Assembly (NCBI RefSeq): GCF_006345805.1
Contig: NW_021833026.1
Coordinates: 310,001-374,000, forward strand
Reading direction: 5' to 3'
From: Octopus sinensis
Lineage: Eukaryota
DNA: 64,000 bases
Part shown: positions 1 to 11,192 of the stretch, one piece after another
How positions within the stretch are numbered: the stretch's first letter is position 1
Layout: each line of letters starts with the position of its first letter
Notes under the pieces: model-generated
The model's database searches: none
Told to the model about the DNA's origin: nothing
The model's input: only the letters and a program-made list of their open reading frames with translations
Position numbers and translations under genes: made by a program

Positions 1-459
1 TATTAAAAACTATTTTTATCCCTCGTCTCACCTACTTGCTTCGTTCATTTCTAAAAACCCGATTTGTTCCCTGACCTGGATTTTATTATTTGAAAGTCAG
101 TCGAAAAATTACTCAATGTTGACTTCTCCAGAGACCAACTTATTCGTGCAATGTTACCTTTGCAATTTGGTAATATTGGTATACGCTCGTGCATGGATAT
201 CTCTCTTCTTTGCTACTTATCTTCGCTTTCGTCATTGAGAAAATTTTTCAAATCTGTTCTTTTTCTCTCTCCTAACATTTTGAATTGACTGAATTTTTTT
301 CTGCCCTCAAAGTTTGGACTGCATCTTGTCTTGTGATCCCAAAGCTGGATCGTTTTTAGAAAAGCTGGAATTCCATTTTCTGTAAAAAAATTTAGAAATT
401 CCTGAAAAAAGCCCCGATCAAATCAAACTCGCCTCAATAAACACATCTGTGTAACCAAC

Positions 460-528
460 TCAGAAGACTGGTTAAATGCCGTCCTGCTATCCTCAGCCGG
501 TTTACTCTTGGATGATGAGTCAATTTAA
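460..528 (+). mobile_element. Short relic of a CRE-like non-LTR retrotransposon
   Basis: Translates SEDWLNAVLLSSAGLLLDDESI*, paralleling SGAWLGAIPCPNLGTFLDDDSL in the element ORF at 2315-2929. Confidence 0.45.
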
Positions 529-1582
529 TTCGGTATATTTTTGTTATTTTCTACCAAAGGATAACACATTTAATGTTAATGACTCATAAAGAGCGTTTTA
601 CAACAAAGTCCTAAATATATTCAGAATCACAGGCAAATGATGTCTAGAGATATTGCCCAGTAATATGATTGGGTTATTTGGAAAAGACCCATTATTTAGG
701 TACCTATCGACGCGGACATGTTTTTAGCAAATAGCATGCTCCGAAGTCAAAATGTGAGAAATATTACTAAACCAGAATATATAGTTATTGATCTAAACTA
801 CAGTGAAAATTGTTTAAAATAAACGTTCAAAATAAAAAAATAAATTGATTTAATAAAGTTCAGTGATAGAAAATTCAGACAAAAAATACGCAAAGATTTT
901 TATCAGAAAATTTCTACATATCATTAGGTGGCCTCAATTCCATTAGAAAAGCAATGTTTGACATATCATTGATCTCACTGCGGAACCGGATGTCTTCTTT
1001 AGCCACACCATAAAAGAAAGACAAGAGGGAGCAGTGACACATGACTTCGTTTGGATTAGTTAGTTTCTTGGTGACATGTTCTCTTTCTGTCCTGATATTG
1101 TGTGGTTGGCCCGAGCGAGATCTCATTTTGCAGCAGGGCATTAATAATAATTATTACTAAAAAATGGCCCTAAATCCCCTTAATGTTGAGTTTTTCACAT
1201 ATAGAATCGTTTTTACCAAAAACACGTCAAAATTATCTGGATATGCTGATATTTTATTTATTTATTATTTTATTAAAAAATCAAGACCACAGTAAAAACC
1301 GAACAAACTCAACTAGGGACCTCATCCTTGTTAGGTGATCTTCCCACGAGCCCACACAAGATTGCACCTGGCGGCTGGAGAAACGAAAAATATATCGATA
1401 ATTTGTTGAAAATGAAAATTATGAAATTAATCGTGAAATAGACATTCAGGATTATAAAGATAGTTCACGATTAGCTAAAAAAAATAACATTATTTGGTGT
1501 GTTTCTTCGAAAAGTCTGATAACTTTGATTTGATAAGAATACGATTATTAAAAAGAAAAAATAGAAAATTAGATTTTGAAAA

Positions 1583-3067
1583 AGCGGGCTTCCTCAATTG
1601 ATTTCTCAAATCAATCTCTTCTCTGAATTTATAATGACTGACATTATTAATAATGAAAATTTTATTTCAAAAAAAAACACCGACTTTCTCCTATCAAGGA
1701 TTTTTTCAACGAACTGCTTCCCGGGATCCCGACTGTGCCAGTTGATAACTATATTTCCTTGGATGTCCCTCAGTGAAGACGAACTCAGGAAGCATCTACT
1801 TTCTAAAATGAAGAATTATCTCGCTCGCAAAAAGATTGTCATGCCTCGACTCTCACACATCCTTCTTCCTGATGAGAAACAACATCGGACTACCCAAGCT
1901 TTTATACCTACTGCGAAGTTCACCCTGCCACGAACATTACGACAGTCTACTTTCGATAGACAATCTCTCAAACAAACTGTTGAGTCACTAATCAACGTCC
2001 GCTTCGACGAACTCGTTTGAAGCAATGTAAGCTTCCTCTGGATTTGGGGGTGTCGGTCTAAGATCGGCGCTGGAGGTCGCGTACCCGGCATATCTTTCGT
2101 CTCTCTCAAGCTGCAACCATTTGCACGGCAAGTCCTTCGTCACACTATTGGACTTCGCTGGAATGAGTCATTTGATGAAGCTTGCCGGGATTGGAACGGG
2201 TCAGGACTCAAAATCCCCGAAGACACAACGAAACAAGGAACTGGGATAACATTGTCTGCTCCAAAATTCAGAAGGGCTTAAAAAGAAGCAAATCAACATC
2301 GTCTTGCTTGCCTGGTGTCAGCCTCAAGTGGAGGGAGCGGAGCATGGCTTGGTGCAATCCCTTGCCCAAATCTCGGGACTTTTTTGGACGACGATTCTTT
2401 GAGGATTGGAATCGGACAAAGACTTGGACTAGACGTTTGCCAGGAGCACCGATGCCGCTGCGGGAAAACGGTCGATGCGAAGGGATTGCACCCGCTATCC
2501 TGCAGGAGATCCGCCGGAAGAGGACCACGTCACGCCGCTCTGAACGACGTGATCGTCAGAGCTCTGAAGGCTGCAGGCTTCCCAGCACAGCTTGAACCAG
2601 TGGGTCTCGATCGAGGTGATGGAAAGAGACCTGACGGGATGACTCTTTTCCCTTTCAACTCCGGACGATCTTTGGTCTGGGACGCAACTTGCGTCGATAC
2701 TTACTCAAGCACGAATCTCCTTAAATCGGTTCAGACACCTGGAGCAGCTGCCTCAATCGCGGAAAACCTTAAAACCAAAAATATTCCTTCCTCGGGGACC
2801 GCTACAGATTCACCCCTGTTGCGGCTGAGTCATCAGGAGCAGTTGGCCCAGCGACTGCCGAGTTCTTGCGCGAACTCGGAAGAATGCTCGCCACAAAGAA
2901 GAATGATCCTCGTGAAGGAGTATGGCTAAGACAAAGGATCGGAATAGCCATACTCCGAGGGAACTCGCTTTCCATACAGGCAGCGGGCTTCCTCAATTGA
3001 TTTCTCAAATCAATCTCTTCTCTGAATTTATTAACTGATATTTTTTTAATAAAGATCATAAAAAAAA
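1583..3067 (+). mobile_element. Internally deleted CRE-clade-like (RLE) non-LTR retrotransposon with 12-bp TSD and 50-bp terminal direct repeat
   Basis: RT thumb remnant (GFGGVGLRSA..AYPAYLSS, ~2040-2110), Zn knuckle CRCG..HPLSC, RHAALN and endonuclease motif DGKRPDG, then AATAAA and poly(A) to ~3067. AGATTTTGAAAA lies at 1571-1582 and 3068-3079. 1583-1632 is identical to 2982-3031. Confidence 0.85.
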
Positions 3068-3189
3068 AGATTTTGAAAATAAAGCAAAAACAAAAAATAT
3101 ACATTATCATTTTCTTAATAATAAAGGTATGGTGTGTGTCTGTCTGTCTGTCTGTCTGTGTGTGCACACCAACTTCAAATGGCAATCAG

Positions 3190-4530
3190 ATGTCCTCGAC
3201 TTACATGATGAGGTCCTTAAAACCTTCCCCCCCAAAAAAATTAAAAAAAAATTTCTGCATTTTGGTTAATGAACAACTACAATGTCCTCGACTTACATGA
3301 TGGTCCTTAAAACCTCCCCCCCAAACAATTAAAAAAAATTTTCTGCATTTTGGTTAAAATGAACAACTACAATGTCCTCGACTTACATGATGAAGTCCTT
3401 AAAACCTTCCCCACAAAAAAAATTAAAAAAAATTTTCTGCATTTTGGTTAAAATGAACAACTACAATGTCCTCGACTTACATGATGAAGTCCTTAAAAAA
3501 CTTCCCCCCAAAAAAATAAAAAAAAATTTTCTGCATTTTTGTTAAAATGAACAACTACAATGTCCTCGACTTACATGATGAAGTCCTAAAACCTTCCCCC
3601 CCAAAAAAATTAAAAAAAAATTTCTGCATTGTGGTTAAAATGAACAACTACAATGTCCTCGACTTACATGATGAGGTCCTTAAAACCTTCCCCCCCAAAA
3701 AAATTAAAAAAAATTTTCTGCATTTTGGTTAAAATGAACAACTACAATGTCCTCGACTTACATGATGAAGTCCTTAAAACCTTCCCCCCAAAAAAATTAA
3801 AAAAAAATTTTCTGCATTTTGGTTAAAATGAACAACTACAATGTCCTCGACTTACATGATGAAGTCCTTAAAACCTTCCCCCCAAAAAAATAAAAAAAAA
3901 TTTTCTGCATTTTGGTTAAAATGAACAACTACAATGTCCTCGACTTACATGATGAAGTCTTAAAACCTTCCCCCCCAAAAAAATTAAAAAAAAATTTCTG
4001 CATTTTGGTTAAAATGAACAACTACAATGTCCTCGACTTACATGATGAAGTCCTAAAACCTTCCCCCCCAAAAAAATTAAAAAAAAATTTTCTGCATTTT
4101 GGTTAAAATGAACAACTACAATGTCCTCGACTTACATGATGAAGTCCTTAAAACCTTCCCCCCAAAAAAATTAAAAAAAATTTTTCTGCATTTTGGTTAA
4201 AATGAACAACTACAATGTCCTCGACTTACATGATGAAGTCCTTAAAACCTTCCCCACAAAAAAAATTAAAAAAAATTTTCTGCATTTTGGTTAAAATGAA
4301 CAACTACAATGTCCTCGACTTACATGATGAAGTCCTTAAAACCTCCCCCCCAAAAAAATAAAAAAAAAATTCTGCATTTTGGTTAAAATGAACAACTACA
4401 ATGTCCTCGACTTACATGATGAAGTCCTTAAAACCTTTCCCCCAAAATTCAACAATTATTTTCTGCATTTTGATTAAAATGAACAACGCGAATGTCCTCG
4501 ACATTCATGATGAGGTCCATTAAAACCTTC
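3190..4530. repeat. Tandem satellite of ~93-bp units (about 14 full units) inside the Helitron
   Basis: ATGTCCTCGAC core recurs 15 times (~3190, 3281, 3371 ... 4491); units differ mainly in C- and A-homopolymer lengths. Confidence 0.95.
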
Positions 4531-5414
4531 AAGGCAAAAATCTCACGTATTAAGAATATCCTTGATGAAAACGACAGCGAGAATATTAACAATGATGAAC
4601 TCCCAATTATTCGCGATAAAGAAATTCAATTCATCCTATGTTTTTTCTCTTTAAAATTAAATGCATATCATTATCGACCATGAATCAAAATTAAAGCTAT
4701 TATCATATTTGACTTTGACAGAATGTGCAATCACAGATTGCACGACTTTGAATAGAGTGTGCAATTAACAGATTTTGAAAAACCACTTTGATAGTTGAAA
4801 CCACATTAGCACAATCATTAACACAATTTACCACCAATTGACGCACGACCTTGAATAGAGTGTGCAATTAACAGATTTTGAAAACACTTTGATAGTTGAA
4901 ACCACATTAGGACAATCATTAACACATTGACAGCGCAATCAGAAGAATTTGCGTAAAATATTAACTATTAGTTAAGTTTTTCGTAAAGATAGAATTTATT
5001 TTCGGTATGCCTCTTTTCCTAAACTTTTTTATTATTCAAAAATAATTTTTCAATAGATAACCGAAGGAGGGAAGACGACCTTAAGAAAAGAAGTTTTTCG
5101 TAAAGATAGAATTTATTTTCGGTATGCCTCTTATCCTAAACTTTTTTTTTATTCAAAAATAATTTTTTTAATAGATAACCGAAGGAGGAAAAACGAAGCT
5201 GAAGAAAAACGGTCAGCTTAATAAGGTAATTAATCAAATCTTTTTTGTGTGTCGCTTTTTGTGTGTCGCTTTCTTGCCTGCCGCATTTCCGCCTGCCGCA
5301 TCTCCCCCTGCCCCATTTCTGCCAGTAAAAAACAAAAAAAAAAAAAAAGGAAATTACAAAGGAAAAATGAAAAATTAAATATAAAAAAATAAACCACAAA
5401 AAATGAAAAAAAAG

Positions 5415-5597
5415 TGTGCAATGACAATAAACAAGGCCCAGGGACAGTCATTAAAGGTAGTTGGGTTATTTTTAGAGAGTGAGTGCTTTTCACATGGACA
5501 GCTGTATGTGGGATGCTCGAGGGTAGGCAGAAGAGAAAATTTATTCATATATGCCAAGGAAGGACGGACGACAAACATCGTTTATCACAGGCGATAG
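5415..5597 (+). pseudogene. Helitron RepHel Pif1-helicase C-terminal fragment
   Basis: AMTINKAQGQSL...FSHGQLYVGCSRV...TTNIVY match Pif1/Helitron helicase motifs V-VI. Confidence 0.9.
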
Positions 5598-5967
5598 AAT
5601 AGGGTTACATTTAACCAGGTAGTTTTATACATCTACATAAACTTATAGTTGTTTGATGAAACAGGCCCTCCGCAGGAGCTAGGTCGCGGTGAGCGAAGCG
5701 AGCTGCCGAGCTAGTTTGTTATAAAACAAAATTTTAAATATTCATAATGAAAAGCTCTTTTTTTAATTTATGCGCAAAATTATGCCTAGACTAATTTAGT
5801 GAACTACCCAAATGAATGGCTCAGAGATTCTTGACTAGCCACATCTCGGTCGTAACCAACAAGAACTCCCTTTACCACAAAAACAGACTAAATGTGAATA
5901 TATTCTAGAATAATCAACATATTTATTTAAGCCGATAAAAAACAGAATTATTGAATAAAACTAGGCA

Positions 5968-6271
5968 CTAAAGGAACGCGGAACACCACTCGGAAAGACA
6001 TTCATAAGTCCTCTTAGACCAGTAAGACGTTGATCCCATCTCGCTTTGCATCCATTCCATAAATAAGTCCTTCTGCTTGTTCAAAAGAAGGAATTGTCCA
6101 AGAACATGAAAGCACTTTATATTTTAGGATTTACTATACTTTAGAATAGCCTTTTTGATCGAGCCTTTCTCCTATCGCCTTGCCTACTCCGGGTAGCTGG
6201 TAAATATCCTTATCTCCCATGGGCTCTATTACGAAGTCTTGATGCTTTTGAGAGGTGTTAGAAGTGGACAT
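5968..6271 (-). CDS. BANF1: Barrier-to-autointegration factor (92 aa, one 25-nt intron at 6115-6139; absent from ORF track)
   Basis: Spliced translation MSTSNTSQKHQDFVIEPMGDK..LPGVGKAIGERL..KGYSK|CFHVLGQFLLL..DLFMEW..ECLSEWCSAFL* matches BAF end to end. Confidence 0.93.
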
Positions 6272-6567
6272 TGATATCACCACAGTGGTTTGAATTATTA
6301 AACATTTATTCAATTTAAATTAGAATTAAAACTTATTTAAATTCAAAACTAAAAAAAGGATATTAGAAAAATTCTAAGAAAAAATTTAATTCTTATATCA
6401 CCAGTAGCCCTCTTTGACTACATCAAAACCAGTAAAAAATAAAAACCCGCCATGTAAAAAATAGACTAGATGATCATTTAGTTTTAAATTATATTTATAT
6501 CAAACTAACTGAAAATTAAATATTAATAAATTAATTTATTATACACTCGGTTGTTCTGGTGTGTTTA

Positions 6568-8116
6568 ATGACCTCTCGCCTTCAATAGTACTTTTCTTAT
6601 TATTTTTAACCAGCTACCAAATTTATGCCTGGGTCTTTACATACCTGTGCTATGTTATCCTTCATTGTTCACGGAAGCCTCTCACTGTCGTCAAGGTCAG
6701 TCCCCCTAACATCCCCAGAACGTGCTTTACGTGGAGAACTGTCATAACTGTGGATGGGCCCCCTTCAGTCTGAGAGTAATTAATTAATCTATAGCCTCCT
6801 CAAATGCCAAGACTCTCCTGGGGGGTCTCGACTATGCTTTCCTTCTCCCCTACGCCATTGGAATGATTCTTTGGTAGTCTCCCTGTCCTAATAATCAGCG
6901 GGACTGTTCAGAAGAGGATCAAGACAACTCGCCTACTGGGGATAATCACCTTCCTGAGTGGATTCTTCACTCTTCTATTCGGAATGGGCTTTTTCTACGA
7001 CATTCACTCATACTTGTACTACTTTGTGATACAAGTACTGTCTCCCTTTACTCAGCTTCTCTGTGGGTCGGCAATGTCAGCGGGGTGGCCATGTGTGATT
7101 GAAATTATCACCAACTGGCTGGGACACTCCCAGTAACGTGTTTTGGTGTGTTTTAGGCGTGGTTTTATTCTGGGACTGTGGAATTCTCACTCACATATTG
7201 GGAATGCGTTGGGGACACTTCTTGCAGGTGTTTATGTCGATTCGAATTGGGGAATGTCCTTTGCAGTCCCTGGAATACTCACGGCTGTGTTTGGTGTCCT
7301 TATTTGGTATTATATGATCGAAAGTACTCCGAATGTCTTATTTAAGGACCACAGGATGTCGGACTGTCCATTGGGGATTCTCCCTCTCTTGTCGAAGAGA
7401 GTGATATTTCTATCAAGGATGCCTTCGAACTTCCGGTTGATGGTCCATGTGACTTTAGTGTTTTTCCGGATATGCTGCTTGTTGTTTTTTTGTCAAAATG
7501 GATGCGTATATTCTGCTTTACTGGCTGCCCAACTATTTGTTTGTGTCCTCAGTGGGTGTCCTGACTTCTACGAGGCGGGGAATATGTCTACTGCTTATGA
7601 TATTGGGAGTATGTTCGGATGTGTCCTTTCCGGGTGGCTTCTCGATAAGTACGGGAGGGGTCCCTTGGTGTGTCTTCTCCAACTGTTACTGTGTTGTCCA
7701 TTCCTGCTTTTGTGTAATGTCATCCCTGTGAATTACTACTTGACTACTACATGTGATTTGTCATGTTTTATTTGTAGTTCTCTTCTTTTTGATTGGATTG
7801 CTCGTTAATGGCACATTTGGACTGTTGGTGACTTCCATTGCTGCGGATTTGGGGTCTCATCCTTCTATTGTCAAGAAACCTGGGGCAATCTCGATGGTTT
7901 CTTCCATAATTGACGGTGTTGGCTCACTGGGGGCTGCTTTTGGACCTTTCTTGGCAGGAATTGCCGCCTCATACTCTTGGAATTATGTTTTTGGGCTGAT
8001 GGTCTTCACTCTGCTGCTGTCTGCAATGGTTGTCCCTTTCCCCTCAATTTTAGCTGCTAGTCAAACCCAGTCTTTACAGTCTTAGGAGAAGAACTGAGCG
8101 AGTTTTGACATTCTAA
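6568..8116 (+). CDS. SLC37A: SLC37A-family MFS sugar-phosphate exchanger (multi-exon)
   Basis: SRKPLTVVK, GWAPF, LLGGLDYAF, RGFILGLWNSHSHIGNALG, LYWLP, IAADLGSHPS, SIIDGVGSLGAAFGP; introns at 6588-6613, 6696-6718, 6768-6794 and others. Confidence 0.92.
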
Positions 8117-8163
8117 CTTATATTTAATGTTTAATTTATTTTTCGAGTCTTTGTTCTGATTCA

Positions 8164-10752
8164 ATGATTAAAACAGGGCTCTTTAGCCTATTTAGCAGCG
8201 GGATTATGCATTTTTGTCATTTTTGAGTTTATAATATGAATATACATTGAGAGAGCATTAGAAATGGTGGCATGTTTTTTCTCAGTCATTAGAATCAGGA
8301 ATTGTTTTTGAAAAGTGACTTCAGTGCTCGGGTACAGAGTGAGTTCAACACTTTGCTTGAGGACTTTGACACTCTTTTGAGTCACTGCCTTATCAATCAG
8401 AAAATGTTCACAGAAGCCATCTACAACAACCGCAATGAAACAGAGTTTCTTAGGTTGGCCCATCAACTTATTGCACAGAAATGAACTGGTCGCCCTTCAA
8501 AAGACGTCCGACAATAAAACTGCCTTAACCTTCCCAACTATGGATTCGAGGACAGACGTGGATTTGGAGACCGAGTTAGTCAACTATAAGAAACAGTGTT
8601 TGGAACAAGAGAAACAAGTAATTGCCACGTGTCTGATTGAACAAGATCGAAAAATTGAAAATAGAATTGATGAAATGTCAAAACTCTGAAGAGCAGACCA
8701 CTAAAGTTATCAAAAAACTGTCTTCAACAACTGAGGAGGTTGCCTTTAGACAATTTCTGATGACAGAAATACAAGCTGTGGTTTTCAGAGCACAAGTGTA
8801 GGTCATTTCGAATCGAAAATGAATTCCTCAACGAATGCTTGAACGAGATTTCTTGCTTCTGGTCACAACCAAAGTCGATCCAAACAAAGACTCTCATCAA
8901 CCTGTTTATCAAAAACTCGATTTTAACCGAGAAACTTGAAATATTCAACAAGCACGTAGCTAATTTCGACTGTTTGCTGACTAATGAATAAAAACTAGTT
9001 TTGTATTCGTCTCGAAACAAAGAAGAACTTGATCGCGTGATTCAAAAAAAGAAATCGGTAATCACCACCACTTTGAACATCCGCGAGTTTTATAATTTCG
9101 AAAAAGTGATGACAGCCATCTTCAATTTGGTGGGGTTTTCCGTGATTTCTTCAGACTGAGACACCCATCTCACCCACGGATGATATTGTCCACAAGTATG
9201 AGTCCCTGCTGATTGAGGTCGACCTCCTTAGACAACTCAATTCAGTTCTTTGGGAGAATGTTGACTTGACTGAATCACATTGTAGGTGGAAATATGTGCC
9301 ATGGACGTCCACTACTGCGATCAGTGCAGAGATCTGGTCTTCACTACTCAACTGACATTTAGAAATACAAACTGCAAGATCAACTGATCAAGTACAAAGG
9401 CTGTTGGAACCAAGTTACTCCATTTGTGTAACACACATAGGACCTACTGGAAAAAGAAGATCTTCTGTCTCTCATTTTGGCCAAGGACAAACTGATACTG
9501 GCGATGGGAGATGTCTGTAAGATTGGGTACGTCACTGTCCAGTCACCGAGGGACGATATTCCGTACGAGGGGATATACAAGACGACAAACTCATAGATCT
9601 GCTCAACGAAATCTGTCTGGTCCTCAACAATAACCTGGTTAGTCATCACCTCGTCATTTTCAGAAAATACAGCAAAAAACACCCAAAATCGAGGCAAATG
9701 AAAATCTGTAATTTACGTAGACTGAACTGACTGCACTGACAACTTCTCTGTGCAGGCTTGAGCACAAACTGGCACTTTCCTTTCTAGTCCATCAGTTGGA
9801 AGAGAAAGATTTGAGTAATCAGAGAAAAGTGGACTGTACTCCTTGTTGTAATTATATTTAGTTGACCTGGATAGAACAACTGGTTAATATTGGCAATATT
9901 TTTTAGTTATAAAAGAACAAAACGGAAAAGCATTCGAATTGACTGTACAGTTTCACGTGTTGTCATCATTTAGTGCTCTTCGGAGGATAGAGATCACGTA
10001 GAACCAAAAAATCACATCTTTGTAAAAACAAATCATCATTTTAGCCATTCCAGAGAGATCCCGAGAGTGATCATTTTTACTCCGAAAAAGACATCAAAAT
10101 AATACTAGAATTTAGTGATCCAGATTTGAAAGACAGATGGGAGGTTTGGCTTACTTTGTGAAATGTTCAGTGTGACGACAAAGCAGACCAAAATGATGAA
10201 ATTGTGTCCAGCAGTGAAAGTGAGTGGGAAATTGGAGAAATGATCATCGAAGAAAGTAAGAGTGTCCCAAATACATTCAATAGAGAATCCGCCTACCCGA
10301 TCAAGATTGAGAACGACAATTTCAGAATATTCAAGCATGGTTGTCAGATCTTTCCCCTTTGTGGTGATATCTGGCCACATAAACATGCTAAAATTGACAA
10401 AATGATTCACAACTCAATAAACGACATGAGAAACAGACTTTCAGCACTCAACATAGCCCACGTGCATGACTACCGTAGGGGTTGATAAGTAAGTGTAGAA
10501 ATATCCGTAAACAACTTATTCGAGGAGGCCAATTTTACAGGAATAAACATAAATGCGAGCGAAGGTTGTGGATTTCTGATGATTTTCAAGATTTCGTGGT
10601 CAGTCCATCCAGAGAAGACAGAAATGAGGACTCAAGTGATACAGGTTTGTAAGGAAGTTTGCAATGGTCAAGATTCGTCAAACTCCGATTCAAGTAAACT
10701 GAAATTGGAAAGCACGAGGTCAACTTCTGTTGTGTCGGCGGTCTCAGTTTAA
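8164..10752 (+). CDS. Hypothetical multi-exon protein with N-terminal coiled coil; start uncertain
   Basis: Reading frame from ~8300 to ~9150 is restored by successive 25-28 nt GT-AG introns (e.g. after EFLR, EKQ, TEE); later ORF pieces end ...VVSAVSV*. No family recognised and the middle exons were not fully resolved. Confidence 0.55.
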
Positions 10753-10922
10753 CCTAACTAAGAACTCTAACTAATCTACATAATACTGTTTGGGTTTAGG
10801 CAGTTAACTTTGATTAATCAACTAACATTTGCTCTAATAGTGCTCAGTTATAAGATATATTTTTTATGTACCATGAAAGTTTATTTTATTGCGTAAATTA
10901 TATTTTAATGAAACATTTAAAG

Positions 10923-11126
10923 TTAAAACTCGTCGTATTTTGTGAATTTGTCGGGGATAAAAATTTGATGCAAGAATGGAAGGGACCCATTATAGATCAT
11001 GAGAGAAGAGGGAATGGCAGCAAGTAAATATATGGGCCATCTCCTGACCTTTCTCCCTCGAAATGGGTTCTTCTCCAAAATTTTCCGAGAATACTAAATA
11101 CACTCCAAAAAACCCACCTCAACCAT
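10923..11126 (-). CDS. 59-aa small membrane protein, possibly a divergent EMRE (SMDT1); absent from ORF track
   Basis: ATGGTTGAG, a 24-nt GT-AG intron (11094-11117) and an open second exon give MVEYSRKILEKNPFRGRKVRRWPIYLLAAIPSSLMIYNGSLPFLHQIFIPDKFTKYDEF*. Confidence 0.55.
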
Positions 11127-11192
11127 ACAACAATAAATTAATAAATAAAGAACATTACAATAATAAGAACAAGTAAGAAAAGAAAGAGGAAA

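Larger units (their letters stand above)
3107..5714 (+). mobile_element. Non-autonomous Helitron
   Basis: A|TC 5' end followed by TAATAATAAAGG and a (GTCT)n tract; GC-rich imperfect hairpin then CTAG|T at 5711-5715; Pif1 helicase C-terminal remnant just inside the 3' end. Confidence 0.8.

Noticed and set aside
914-1141. 75-aa minus-strand ORF between AT-rich spacers
   Set aside because: Could be a small gene, but there is no recognisable motif or verifiable splice structure.
3190-4530. CRISPR array, snoRNA cluster (ATGATGA box C-like) or repeat protein
   Set aside because: No unique spacers, no box D partner, and the ORFs shift frame with homopolymer length; a plain satellite.
5980-6240. 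Initially read as a retrotransposon RT relic
   Set aside because: Another frame plus one micro-intron gives a complete BANF1.
8190-9010. In-frame TGA/TAA suggesting stop-codon reassignment
   Set aside because: The TAA at ~8988 lies in a 27-nt GT-AG intron and the TGA at ~8237 can also be intronic; recognised genes end in TAA, TAG and TGA normally.
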